Source of the DNA: Candidatus Saccharimonadales bacterium
Lineage (GTDB): Bacteria; Patescibacteriota; Saccharimonadia; Saccharimonadales; JAGQMS01
NCBI GenBank assembly: GCA_038317375.1
Contig: JBBQBM010000001.1
Location: forward strand, 1,447 to 65,446
Reading direction: 5' to 3'
DNA: 64,000 nt
The first letter of the stretch is position 1, and each line of letters begins with the position of its first letter. The notes under the pieces were generated by a model. The model made no database searches, was not told the origin of the DNA, and worked only from the letters and a program-made list of their open reading frames with translations. This document shows, piece after piece, positions 24,507-34,468 of the stretch. Made by a program: the position numbers and the translations under genes.

Positions 24507-26821
24507 TCCTCTATAAAAGCCATGTCGACGCCATTCTCTTTGATATATGCAGTATTGTCATCGATACATTTCTGATATTTTGCAATCGTGTGCCGAGCTT
24601 CTTCGTATGGGATTTTATCTAAGGACGCTAACCGCTCCAACGTCTCAATTGCAAGATGATAGCGGTCGGTATTGTTGCGAACATGCATATCAAAAGGCGT
24701 AGTGGTTGATCCGTTCTCTATATAGCCGTTTATCGTAAACCTTTGGGGCGAGGTGTTGATGTAGTCGAAAATGATAGACTTCAAAGTTTCTGGGTAGCCG
24801 TGGAAGTTACAGATAACAGGCTTATCAGTTGTGAACAAAGCGTCAAAACCTTGTTTTGTCAGGCAAGTGCCTCCTTGACCGAAGCCGCAATTCGTTAAGG
24901 TCATTATGTTCACGAAGCGTAACTTTGTATTAGGGTGGTCTGATTTAACCAAACTAATTGCCGCTAAGGACTCTTTTGTTAGATAGTCTCCAACAGACGC
25001 TAAAACTACATCGGGTTCGTCGTCGCTGGCAAATTCCCAGATAGATACTCCAGTTTTTAGTGATTCACGAGCCTGCTCCGGTGTTAGCCAGCGAGGTTCT
25101 AGAGTTTTCCCGGCGACAATTACGTTAATCTGTCGGGTTGTTGATAGGCAGTGCTCTAAGACAACTAGAGTGCTATTACCGTCGGGCGGGAAATAGATAT
25201 TCACAAAGTCACCCTGTCTTTGCAATACGTCGTCGATAAAACCTGGGTTCTGGTGCGAAAAACCATTATGTTCTTGACGCCAGCCGGAGGAGGTTAAGAT
25301 GTAGTTTAGCGACGGAAAGGCTCCTCGCCATGGCACTTCTATGGCGTGACGCAAAAACTTAGCATATTGGTCCATCATACTCACCACTACTTGAACAAAC
25401 GCTTCATACGAAGCAAAAACAGCATGCCGCCCAGTCAATATGTAACCCTGCGCCAAGCCTTGTAGATTGTGTTCGCTAAGCATTTCCATGACTCTGCCTT
25501 CTTGGCTCAGATCTTTGTCCCAGCTTTCTATCGGTAGCATCCATGCTCTCTTGGTTGTTTTGAAAACCTCGTCAAGTTTATTGGAATATGTTTCGTCGGG
25601 TGACATCATTCTAAAATTACGGTTTTCTTGGTTGAGCTTAAAGACTTCGTTAAGGAAAAGTCCTGCTCGTCGCATACTACTCGATCCGATCGTGCCCGGA
25701 GCGGGGGTGGGCTCAGAGAATTCTTCGGCGGTCGGTAATAATAAAGGTTTATAAGTAGGCTCGCCACCAAAAGCATGTTTATTAACACCCATTCGCATTG
25801 CTGGTTCTGGCATAACCGAGTTAACAAATTCACCGGCGCCAGAATCTTTATCAAATAATTCACCAATTTTGTACGACTTCAGCCAATTACTAAGTAGCTC
25901 AAGCTGTTCTGGTTTGGTTTTAGCTTCGGTCAACACAACCTGGTGAGACAAACAGTTACCTTCAATTTTCTGGCCATCAAGCTCTTTAACACCTGTCCAA
26001 CCTTTCAAGGTTCGCATTACAATCATCGGCATTCTCGGGAAGTCCGTACCGGTCGACGATTTTATTTGTTTGATAGTGTCGTGCGCCCAGGCCAGCGTAT
26101 CTTGCATTTGTTGGTGCGGGTCGTCGCCACTAACGATTCGGGGTTGATAGCCGTAGCCCGTAAATAGCGCCATCAGCTCATCGTCAGTCATTCGTCCATA
26201 TATTGTCGGGGCTGATATCTTATAGCCGTTTAAATGTAGTATCGGTAAGACCGCACCATTTAACCGGGGGTTCACAAGTTTATTAAGATGCCAAGCGCCA
26301 GCTGTCGGTCCGGTCTCGGCCTCACCGTCACCAACCAGACAGGCGACGAGAAGGTCGGGGTTGTCCATTGCGGCGCCGTATGAGGTTGATAGAGAATATC
26401 CCAATTCCCCGCCTTCAAGAATTACACCAGGAGTGCCGGGATTGCTGTGGCTAGGGAAGCCATACGGCCAACTAAAATTACGACAAATATACTCTATTCC
26501 TTTGTAGTTATTGGTTGCTTCCGGATAATATTTTTCTAGCGTACCCTCCAGGAATAAGTTAGCTTGAAGAGCAGGGAAGGCATGCCCAGGCCCTAAAACA
26601 AACAAGATCTCCTGTTGTTTATTCTTGGCAAGTTGGCTTAGGTGAGCATATGCAAAGTTAACCCCGGGGCCAGAACCCCAGTGGCCTAAAAGCCTCGGCT
26701 TAATGTCGTCAAAAGTAAGTTCTCTTTCTAGAAGGAAATTGTCCTGTAAGAAAATTTGAGCAGCGGTCAAGTAATTTGCTGCTCTTAAATACTGCCCAAT
26801 TGCCTCACTACCTGTATTCAT
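24485..26821 (-). CDS. xfp: xylulose-5-phosphate/fructose-6-phosphate phosphoketolase
   Basis: 778 aa. LLGHWGSGPG, GPGH and EGGELGYS TPP-binding motifs; overlaps the ackA start. Confidence 0.92.
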   Translation of the reverse strand: MNTGSEAIGQYLRAANYLTAAQIFLQDNFLLERELTFDDIKPRLLGHWGSGPGVNFAYAHLSQLAKNKQQEILFVLGPGHAFPALQANLFLEGTLEKYYPEATNNYKGIEYICRNFSWPYGFPSHSNPGTPGVILEGGELGYSLSTSYGAAMDNPDLLVACLVGDGEAETGPTAGAWHLNKLVNPRLNGAVLPILHLNGYKISAPTIYGRMTDDELMALFTGYGYQPRIVSGDDPHQQMQDTLAWAHDTIKQIKSSTGTDFPRMPMIVMRTLKGWTGVKELDGQKIEGNCLSHQVVLTEAKTKPEQLELLSNWLKSYKIGELFDKDSGAGEFVNSVMPEPAMRMGVNKHAFGGEPTYKPLLLPTAEEFSEPTPAPGTIGSSSMRRAGLFLNEVFKLNQENRNFRMMSPDETYSNKLDEVFKTTKRAWMLPIESWDKDLSQEGRVMEMLSEHNLQGLAQGYILTGRHAVFASYEAFVQVVVSMMDQYAKFLRHAIEVPWRGAFPSLNYILTSSGWRQEHNGFSHQNPGFIDDVLQRQGDFVNIYFPPDGNSTLVVLEHCLSTTRQINVIVAGKTLEPRWLTPEQARESLKTGVSIWEFASDDEPDVVLASVGDYLTKESLAAISLVKSDHPNTKLRFVNIMTLTNCGFGQGGTCLTKQGFDALFTTDKPVICNFHGYPETLKSIIFDYINTSPQRFTINGYIENGSTTTPFDMHVRNNTDRYHLAIETLERLASLDKIPYEEARHTIAKYQKCIDDNTAYIKENGVDMAFIEDWQWQKS

Positions 26822-26929
26822 GCTTACGTTTATTGTAGTCGCTTATCTGTTAAATACGAAATTATTTTAACCATAGGCAATTTGAGTATTAGTTTGGTAC
26901 ACTGTTAATCAACTAAAGGGTGTGATCAA

Positions 26930-27796
26930 ATGAATCCAGACGAGCCGCAAAACCTAACCAGTGTTCCTGATGTGTTTCATCCGACCCAACCGGTTGAACA
27001 AAATACCGTAGCTGCGCCATCGGTTCAAGAGACTCCGGCGCCAGTCGAACAGCCAACTGAACCATTGTCGATGAATATGGACTTTGTAGCGCCGCCACCA
27101 GAAACACCTACATCCGTCGAACAACCAATCCAAATGCCTCCTTTCGCACCAACCCAACCACCTTCTTCAGAACCGGCCATGCCCGCTCAGCAAACCGACC
27201 AACCCACGCAGACAGCTCATCATAAAACCGATATTTTGGGTATCTTGAGTATCGTCAGTATCTTATTTGGCGTTTTACCAGTTGGTTTGATACTTGGGTT
27301 AGTCGGTGCGTCGCATGCTAAGAAGTCACATTCCTCTGCAGTATTGTCGCGCGTCGGATGGATACTCAATCTAATTCTGATGGTTGTACTCATACCCATC
27401 CTCGCTATTTGGTTTACTAATAACTTTCAAAAAGCACAGACTACGGCAAGAGACACCGAGCGCATACACGACACAGGAATAATAGAGGCTAAGTTAGAGA
27501 GTTTCTTCGAGACCAACTTCGGTTACCCTAACAACCTAAACGACATTGGTCTGACTGACAAGCAGGTACTGAAGGGGCCGAGCGGAACGACCATAAAGAT
27601 AAATGACGTTGTAGCCGACGAGGCAGCAGCTAAGGCCACCAGCAAGCCTACCCTCTCGCAGGAGTATACATATACGCCATACGGCAAGCCCGCCTGTCTA
27701 GCAACTTGCGATGGTTACGTTCTAAAATCAGTTATCGAGAGTCCAGCCAAGGGTGTTACTAACCCCTTAGTCAAAACCGGTCTAGAGAACCTCTAA
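26930..27796 (+). CDS. hypothetical membrane protein (Pro/Gln-rich N-terminus, DUF4190-like TM pair, pilin-like ectodomain)
   Basis: 288 aa. PTQP/EQP repeats, two TM helices, then ..AQTTARDTERIHD..IEAKLESFF.. resembling the post-helix region of type IV pilins. Confidence 0.6.
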   Translation: MNPDEPQNLTSVPDVFHPTQPVEQNTVAAPSVQETPAPVEQPTEPLSMNMDFVAPPPETPTSVEQPIQMPPFAPTQPPSSEPAMPAQQTDQPTQTAHHKTDILGILSIVSILFGVLPVGLILGLVGASHAKKSHSSAVLSRVGWILNLILMVVLIPILAIWFTNNFQKAQTTARDTERIHDTGIIEAKLESFFETNFGYPNNLNDIGLTDKQVLKGPSGTTIKINDVVADEAAAKATSKPTLSQEYTYTPYGKPACLATCDGYVLKSVIESPAKGVTNPLVKTGLENL

Positions 27797-29184
27797 GTAT
27801 TTTTCACTTTGGAGCAAGCAATGCGTACAGCTTCACTCCAGGTGGGGAAGGCGTGAAGAGTTTCAACAATGTCACGGGCCTTCAAACCCTTATGAACGGC
27901 TAGTGTTAACTCGTGGATCATTTCGCCAGCCCTAGGCGAGACAATACTTGCACCAAGCAGTACGCCAGTGTGCGAAGCTATTACCTTTACGAAACCGGTC
28001 GATTCGTTGCTTGTGTTCGAGCGGCCAATAATTGATATTTCGGCCGTTCCTATTTGTAGTTTAATTCCCTTGTCTCGAAGTTCTTGTTCGCCCGGGCCGA
28101 CCGATGCGATCTCTGGGTCTACGAAAATACAGCGAGGAATAGCACGATAGTCGGCCGATACCTTCTTCCGTTGATACATATTGTGGGCGGCTATCCGGCT
28201 TTGGTATGTAGCCGTGTGGGTAAACATATATGGCCCGACGACATCCCCAGCTGCATAAATATGTTTGACGCTTGTCTGCATGTGGCGGTTAACTTTTAAC
28301 CCTCTGCGGTCATATTCGACGCCGGCGTTATCAAGCCCTAGGTCAAGGTTTGGAGCTTTTCCGGCAGCTAACAAAACTTCTTCCACAACCACACTATGCC
28401 GCTTCCCGTTTGTCTCAAGGGTCACGGTCTTATTACCCTTAGTTCCGCTAACATTCAAAACCTTTGAGCTTACATGAACGCCAATTCCGCGTTGTTCGAA
28501 TAATGCGCCGAGTAGTTCGCCAACTTCTGCGTCTTCTCTGGCTAGCAAGTGTTTGTCGAAATCGGCAATGTGTACCTTAGACTCAAACGACCAAAAGAGT
28601 TGAGCAAATTCGCAACCAATTGCTCCGCCTCCAATTATAAAAATAGATTTTGGCGGTGATTTTAATGCAATCGCTTCGCGGAAAGTGATAAAGCCGGTTT
28701 CTTTTAGTCCCTCTATTGGCGGCACGACATTTCGTGTGCCTGTAGCGATTAGAAAGTTTCGTGCAGTGTAGCGCTTGTCACTAAGAGAAATCTGCCACGG
28801 ACTCAAAAAATGAGCATGCCCTCGTAGCACCGTGATGCCATCACTCTTATAAGCCTCGCGTCCGTCTTCGACGCCTGTTCTAAAAACGACTTTTACTCGC
28901 CAAGTGTTAATAGCCGAATAATTGAAAGTAAGCGAAGAAGTCTTGACCCCAAATTGCCCGGCATGCTTTGCTGTTTGATAAGCCTCAGCTGCTTGCAATA
29001 ACGCTTTGGTTGGCACGCAGCCGTAGTTTGGGCATTCGCCACCGATCGTGTCGGCTTCAATGATTGCCACTTTTTTGTGTTGACCAGCTAAAATATGCGC
29101 TGCTACGCCACCACCCGCACCGCTTCCGATGATGATTAGATCAAAATCAAAATGAGTCGGTCTCTTAGATCTTAGTTTATACAT
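27793..29184 (-). CDS. class I pyridine nucleotide-disulfide oxidoreductase (dihydrolipoyl dehydrogenase/glutathione reductase family)
   Basis: GSGAGG FAD motif, redox CxxxxC (GGECPNYGCVPTK) and a C-terminal dimerisation domain with HAFPTWSE. Confidence 0.85.
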   Translation of the reverse strand: MYKLRSKRPTHFDFDLIIIGSGAGGGVAAHILAGQHKKVAIIEADTIGGECPNYGCVPTKALLQAAEAYQTAKHAGQFGVKTSSLTFNYSAINTWRVKVVFRTGVEDGREAYKSDGITVLRGHAHFLSPWQISLSDKRYTARNFLIATGTRNVVPPIEGLKETGFITFREAIALKSPPKSIFIIGGGAIGCEFAQLFWSFESKVHIADFDKHLLAREDAEVGELLGALFEQRGIGVHVSSKVLNVSGTKGNKTVTLETNGKRHSVVVEEVLLAAGKAPNLDLGLDNAGVEYDRRGLKVNRHMQTSVKHIYAAGDVVGPYMFTHTATYQSRIAAHNMYQRKKVSADYRAIPRCIFVDPEIASVGPGEQELRDKGIKLQIGTAEISIIGRSNTSNESTGFVKVIASHTGVLLGASIVSPRAGEMIHELTLAVHKGLKARDIVETLHAFPTWSEAVRIACSKVKNT

Positions 29185-29200
29185 TTCCCACCTACTCCTT

Positions 29201-29470
29201 TTACCAGACTATCCGATGATGCATATAGGCATAGGCCGCATCGGGGTTATAAGCATATAAATATTTGGCCGCCACACGACGGATGTCGTTGCTCAAGACT
29301 TCGCTTTTTTTGACAATCCAGGCCTCGACATCACCGGCGACTTTTTCGGCGATAACCTCGGCAGTACCAACCGGTTCTCGCATGGCAAGGCAGGCAGCAA
29401 AAATACTAGCGTATAGTTTTTTAGCGTCGAATGGTTCGGTATGACCAGCTCGCTTTACGATATGTTTCAT
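29201..29470 (-). CDS. stand-alone ATP-cone domain protein
   Basis: Trimmed to MKHIVKRAGHTEPFDAKKLYASI (GGAG 9 nt upstream), which is the ATP-cone N-terminus. Confidence 0.7.
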   Translation of the reverse strand: MKHIVKRAGHTEPFDAKKLYASIFAACLAMREPVGTAEVIAEKVAGDVEAWIVKKSEVLSNDIRRVAAKYLYAYNPDAAYAYMHHRIVW

Positions 29471-29644
29471 CGCAAACTCCATACCGCAACGCCTAAATCG
29501 GCGGCAAAGCCACCGTTTTGGTCGTTGCTTTTGATACATAACTGCGTCACCGTCTCCGCTACTCTTTCGCAGTGTTCTCGACACAGCTCAATCCGTTGCT
29601 CGCCGCTTCCTTGTTCTGTTATCAAATATGAAGTTTGCATAGTG

Positions 29645-30346
29645 CTAGCCGAAGTTTACCGTGCCGTTGGCAATTAAGATTAATATCCAGCCTAAGCTGA
29701 CTAATAGCAGCCCCATGAATAGTCGCATAGTGCCTTTGCTGTCTTCCTTCCATTTTGCGACAGCACTGATCTTTGCGCCTCCAGCCACCATGAACAAAAT
29801 CACAATTAGTGGCAAGACAAATATGAAGTTATAAAGCACCATCATCATCAGTGCCGTGAAATCGAAGTTAATTCGTAGAATCGTAATGATGGCTAGGTAC
29901 GGCGCGCCGGTGCAGGGCAGCTCAACAGCCGCTACAAAAGCACCTAAAAACATCACGCCCATAATGCTCGTTTTTGACGTCGAATAATCATGAATCTTAT
30001 TTGCAAACTTAGTTGGGATCTGTAGGCTAAAGCCCTTGCCGTACCAGAAGTAATCTTTGACTTCCAAAATTCCACCAAGTACCACAAGAGAACCAACTGC
30101 CAGCGACAAATACTCGGCAATTACAATTGGGATAGAGGTGAAGAAATACACCAGGCCTAGTCCGGCAGCCAAATAGGTAACATAAATCGCAAAGATATAA
30201 GCCATTCCGGTGACGATGAGTTTTTTGGTGCCCTTACCGCTTCCTAAGATTACCGAAACCATCAAAATAAGGACACCGATTGCGCATGGGTTGATTGAGT
30301 CTATCGCCGCCGAGCCGATGACTAAGCCTAGTGTTGGCAAATCCAT
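29645..30346 (-). CDS. CcdA/DsbD-family thiol:disulfide transfer membrane protein
   Basis: Six TM helices with SINPCAIGVL and ELPCTGAPY cysteine motifs. Confidence 0.8.
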   Translation of the reverse strand: MDLPTLGLVIGSAAIDSINPCAIGVLILMVSVILGSGKGTKKLIVTGMAYIFAIYVTYLAAGLGLVYFFTSIPIVIAEYLSLAVGSLVVLGGILEVKDYFWYGKGFSLQIPTKFANKIHDYSTSKTSIMGVMFLGAFVAAVELPCTGAPYLAIITILRINFDFTALMMMVLYNFIFVLPLIVILFMVAGGAKISAVAKWKEDSKGTMRLFMGLLLVSLGWILILIANGTVNFG

Positions 30347-31263
30347 TAATCTACCTTCCTGTTTAGATAGTAGGCACCGGTCTCTTCAAGAGTACATTCT
30401 TTAAGTCCCTCGCCGGTTACTCCAAATTCTGGACAACGTGTTTTGTCACGGATCCCGTACTGTTCGCAGAGCCGGCTAGTCTTAAGCTTCGTAGGCGCGA
30501 ACTCCATAATTATGCAGTCCCCGGGAGGCACTAAACTCTCGTTACGGATGACATAGCTGCTAGGTGTATCTAGTTTAGTCTGAATGTAAGTATCGATGTC
30601 CTTATTGAACTGATACACAAAAACTTGAGGTTCAGCTTCTTGTCCGTCGCAAGTTTGGCCCTTATTCCCCACGAAAGACTTCATTCCCACGGCGTCAGAA
30701 GTTATTAAGCCGTCAATAGCGGCGTGACCAGAAGAATCTGGTTTATCGCCGTCAACTTGGTCTTCGATAATACTGTTAGCGAGTGGGTAACTCATCATTT
30801 CGTTCGAAATCGAACCACCGACTACGTTCATAAAATGCCCTAGTGTCGCGTCGGTGCTTGTATCTACAACCACGCCTTCTAGGTGAATGCGTTGATCGTT
30901 GTGTTCATGGAGAATGGGCGTACCAATTTTGTTAGACAAAAAGCCCGACGGGTTTCTAAGTTCCAACTGGACGCCACAGGCCCAAGCCTCAAAATCAGCA
31001 TGCCAATGTACCGGGCCACCCGAGTCGGAATGAGTGTTCAAATAAATCGTGCTACCAAACAGTGTCCCAGTCGACGCGATAATCGTAAAAGCAATAAGTA
31101 AAAATAACGGTAACCGAAGATGAGGCTTATTATTTTTGCTCATCCCGGCAACCAGAACCAAGATTAGAAGCGCCACAGTAGAAACCAAAACGACTCGTAC
31201 CCCGAGTGTTCTAACGTCTGCCTCTAGGTTGTTTGCGCTAGCAATTAACGGAAATCCACCCAT
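30346..31263 (-). CDS. hypothetical membrane-anchored extracytoplasmic His/Cys-rich protein
   Basis: 305 aa. TM helices, HWHADFEAWACG and LHEHNDQRIHLEG motifs. Its stop overlaps the ccdA-like start (TAATG). Confidence 0.65.
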   Translation of the reverse strand: MGGFPLIASANNLEADVRTLGVRVVLVSTVALLILVLVAGMSKNNKPHLRLPLFLLIAFTIIASTGTLFGSTIYLNTHSDSGGPVHWHADFEAWACGVQLELRNPSGFLSNKIGTPILHEHNDQRIHLEGVVVDTSTDATLGHFMNVVGGSISNEMMSYPLANSIIEDQVDGDKPDSSGHAAIDGLITSDAVGMKSFVGNKGQTCDGQEAEPQVFVYQFNKDIDTYIQTKLDTPSSYVIRNESLVPPGDCIIMEFAPTKLKTSRLCEQYGIRDKTRCPEFGVTGEGLKECTLEETGAYYLNRKVD

Positions 31264-31343
31264 TGTCTATATATAGCTCCTAGATGGTACTATACCATAA
31301 GCATAAGCGAATATTAACGCTACAAAAGGGAGGGAAAAGTAGG

Positions 31344-34025
31344 TTGGGTGAGTGGTTTAAAGAACCAAGCGAAAAAGTTCAAACCAAACTTGGTGTCTCG
31401 CCAGAAAGTGGGTTGAGTCTAGCCGAAGCCACGCTGCGGCTCAAAAAATACGGGCCAAACCATCTCAAGCCTGCAAAAAAGATCAATCCCTTCGCCTTGT
31501 TTTTCTCGCAGTTTAAAGATGTTTTGGTCATCGTTTTAATAATCTCGGCAACGGTGTCGTTAGCACTTAGTTTTATCGACGACGCTGGTAGCATCCGCGA
31601 GTCGCTACTTATCTTTGCAATAGTTATCGCCATTGCCATAATTGGTTTCTTTAATGAATACAAAGCCGAAAAGACGGTTGAAGCGCTAAGTAGGCTTGTC
31701 GGCCAAAACGCTGAGGTCCGTCGTGGCGGTCAGACCATTAGTATCAGCGCCGACCAGTTAGTTCCGGGCGACATAGTTATTCTCGCCGAAGGCCAAAAGA
31801 TCCCAGCCGATCTGCGGCTTATCAAAGTCAAAAACTTGCTGATAAACGAAGCTAGCTTAACTGGCGAATCTTTGTCGGTGTCTAAGAACGCTTTGACGAT
31901 TCCTGGCACTGTGCCTCTTGGCGACCAAAAAAATATGGCCTTTGCGGGGACATTTGTCTCGGCCGGAATAGGCGAGGGTATAGTCGTAGAAACAGCTAGT
32001 AATACCGAGCTCGGCAAAATTGCTACATTAGTTAATAGCATCGAAGTCGACGAGACGCCAATGCAACGTAAGCTTGATGATCTTGGCAAAAAGCTAGGTC
32101 TATTTATTATGCTAATTTGCGCCGTCGTCTTCGTTATCATCTTCTTTTTCGTTAGCGAAGCCGTCGATAAATCGCTCGTCCAGCGCCTAATCTTTGCCTT
32201 CACAGCAGCGGTGGCATTGGCTGTAGCCGCAATCCCTGAGGGCTTAGCATTTGTTGTTCGTATTAGTTTGGCACTCGGGGCGCGGCGCATGGCTACAAAG
32301 CACGCACTGGTACGCAAGCTCTCGGCGGTTGAGGCGCTGGGTAGTACAGATGTTATTTGTGCCGACAAAACCGGTACGCTCACAAAGGGCGAGATGACGG
32401 TTCGCGAAATACACGCCATTGGTAGCCGTTTCGATGTTTCTGGCAGTGGCTATCAACTAGAAGGTGCTATCTCCGGAAAACCCAACAAAGCCCTCGAACT
32501 AATTTTGCGTATTGGGGTCCTCTGCAACAGAGCCCACCTGCATAGTGGTACTGTGCTTGGTGACGGGACAGAGGGTGCTCTGCTCGTCTCAGCCGCCAAG
32601 AACAAGCAAGCATACGAGGCGGTTCGCAAGGACTTTACGTTAATTGATGAGGTGCCTTTCACCAGCGAGCGAAAGGTCATGAGCACAGTGCACAAAATCG
32701 ACAGTGGTTATTTCGTAGCGCACAAAGGCGCCGTCGAGTTGATGCTTCAAAACTGCAAGTCTTATGTTTCCGAATCAGGCCAGGTCAAGAAGCTAACTGA
32801 AGAAGTCCGCACAGATATAACTAAACTCAACTCAAGTCTGTCGCAAAAAGCTATGCGTGTTCTGGCCTTTGCCTACAAACAGGTCGACACAAAACCAAAA
32901 GATGATAAAAATATAGAATCCGATCTAATATACGTTGGCCTGCAAGCCATGATGGACCCTCCCCGCGAAGAGGTTATCGAAGTTATTCATAGGGCCCAGG
33001 CCGAAAGCGGCATTCGGGTCATTATGATCACCGGCGACTATGTCGAAACAGCCATAGCCGTCGCCCGCGAGATTGGCATCACTGGCGACGCTTTAACCGG
33101 TGTCGAGCTCGATGCCATGACTCAGGCCGAGTTCGAGAAAAAGGTTGAAAGTATCTCGGTTTATGCGCGCGTTAACCCCGAGCACAAAATCCGCATCGTC
33201 CAGGCTCTCAAAAAACACGGCCACCAAGTTGCCATGACAGGCGACGGCGTCAATGACGCCCCAGCCATCAAAGCCGCTGATATCGGCATTGCTATGGGTA
33301 TTACAGGCACAGATGCCGCCAAAGAAGCCGCCGACTTAATCTTGCTCGACGATCGGTTCCTGACAATTATCAGCGCCATCGAAGAAGGCCGGGGAATCTT
33401 CGACAATGTCCGCAAATTCGTCAACTTCCTAATATCCTGTAACATTGCCGAGGTTTTGGCTGTGCTGTTTGGAATAGTTTTCTTCCATAACCTCATCCTA
33501 ACCGCCGCCCAACTGTTGTTTATTAATATCGTCACCGACGGCTTGCCAGCCGTAGCGCTCGGTAGCGACCCCGCTCAGCGCGATGTCCTACGCGCCAAGC
33601 CACAGCGCTTCCAGGAGGCAATTCTAAATCGCCGTGTCTGGATCGAAATCTTCGTTTTCGGGAGCCTAATGACAATCGCCTTACTAATCCAGTTTTGGTA
33701 TAACCACACCCACGAAGGAGCGCTAGCGGCTGTTTCGGCGGCCTTCACAGCCATGGTCGTCTACGAGCTTGTTAGGCTAATCGACATCCGCACAGATTAC
33801 AAAATTCGTTGGTTCTCTAACCCCTGGCTAAGCGTCGCCATTGCCTCGTCGTTCATCCTGCAGTTTGCGGTGCTTTACGTTCCGTTTATGGCTACATATT
33901 TCGTGGTTGGTCCTCTAAGTAGCCATGACTGGGTGTTTATGATAGTCGGCAGCATTACCTTGTTCGTAATAATGAAAGTTCTAAATCCATTCTTCGACCG
34001 ATTCGGCCCTGAAACCGTAACATAG
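31344..34025 (+). CDS. P-type ATPase, Ca2+/cation-transporting (P2 type)
   Basis: DKTGTLT phosphorylation site, TGDGVNDAPA hinge, 10-TM architecture. Start placed at TTG 31344, 8 nt after AAGGGAGGGA; the ORF track's ATG 31284 is possible. Confidence 0.9.
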   Translation: MGEWFKEPSEKVQTKLGVSPESGLSLAEATLRLKKYGPNHLKPAKKINPFALFFSQFKDVLVIVLIISATVSLALSFIDDAGSIRESLLIFAIVIAIAIIGFFNEYKAEKTVEALSRLVGQNAEVRRGGQTISISADQLVPGDIVILAEGQKIPADLRLIKVKNLLINEASLTGESLSVSKNALTIPGTVPLGDQKNMAFAGTFVSAGIGEGIVVETASNTELGKIATLVNSIEVDETPMQRKLDDLGKKLGLFIMLICAVVFVIIFFFVSEAVDKSLVQRLIFAFTAAVALAVAAIPEGLAFVVRISLALGARRMATKHALVRKLSAVEALGSTDVICADKTGTLTKGEMTVREIHAIGSRFDVSGSGYQLEGAISGKPNKALELILRIGVLCNRAHLHSGTVLGDGTEGALLVSAAKNKQAYEAVRKDFTLIDEVPFTSERKVMSTVHKIDSGYFVAHKGAVELMLQNCKSYVSESGQVKKLTEEVRTDITKLNSSLSQKAMRVLAFAYKQVDTKPKDDKNIESDLIYVGLQAMMDPPREEVIEVIHRAQAESGIRVIMITGDYVETAIAVAREIGITGDALTGVELDAMTQAEFEKKVESISVYARVNPEHKIRIVQALKKHGHQVAMTGDGVNDAPAIKAADIGIAMGITGTDAAKEAADLILLDDRFLTIISAIEEGRGIFDNVRKFVNFLISCNIAEVLAVLFGIVFFHNLILTAAQLLFINIVTDGLPAVALGSDPAQRDVLRAKPQRFQEAILNRRVWIEIFVFGSLMTIALLIQFWYNHTHEGALAAVSAAFTAMVVYELVRLIDIRTDYKIRWFSNPWLSVAIASSFILQFAVLYVPFMATYFVVGPLSSHDWVFMIVGSITLFVIMKVLNPFFDRFGPETVT

Positions 34026-34040
34026 AGCATTAAAAGAATA

Positions 34041-34069
34041 TTGACATAAGTACTATTGTATGCTAATAT
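34041..34069 (+). promoter_or_regulatory. sigma70-like promoter
   Basis: TTGACA, 17 nt, TAATAT upstream of the small ORF at 34125. Confidence 0.55.
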
Positions 34070-34124
34070 GTAGTTACTGTCTTGAAATAAAGACAAAAAC
34101 CAATACAAAACTAAAAAGGTAAAA

Positions 34125-34283
34125 ATGCTTGGACTAAACAAAAAACCAAACAAGTCGAAAAAACTAAGTACCAAAAGTGCTAAGTCGACTAAAAAGTCTA
34201 GTAGAGCCAGCGAAGCCAAAGCCATGTTAAAAGCCATGAAGGCTCGCAAAAAAGCTCGTCCAGACGACTGCGTTTTCTGCTAA
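34125..34283 (+). CDS. unannotated 52-aa Lys/Ser-rich basic peptide ending in DDCVFC
   Basis: ATG after AAAAGG. MLGLNKKPNKSKKLSTKSAKSTKKSSRASEAKAMLKAMKARKKARPDDCVFC. Below the ORF-track cutoff; followed by a long stem-loop at 34301-34343. Confidence 0.4.
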   Translation: MLGLNKKPNKSKKLSTKSAKSTKKSSRASEAKAMLKAMKARKKARPDDCVFC

Positions 34284-34468
34284 GTATTTAGCCGTGACTT
34301 TAAGAAGATTCTTGGCAGTCAACACGACTGCCAAGCCTTCTTAAACGTACTAAAAAACGAAAGGGTATAACAAAATGGAAGCACTCTCACAACTCGGCTA
34401 CGAACTCATCGACACCACTCATTTAGATATTTTGGCTGTTGACCAAGAACTAAAAGCTGAAGAACCAG

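Noticed and set aside
33875-34249. 124-aa minus-strand ORF in the spacer after the P-type ATPase.
   Set aside because: Its hydrophobic low-complexity translation is the mirror of an A/K-rich plus-strand sequence. The plus strand has a consensus promoter and a short ORF with a stop followed by a stem-loop, which is the better explanation.
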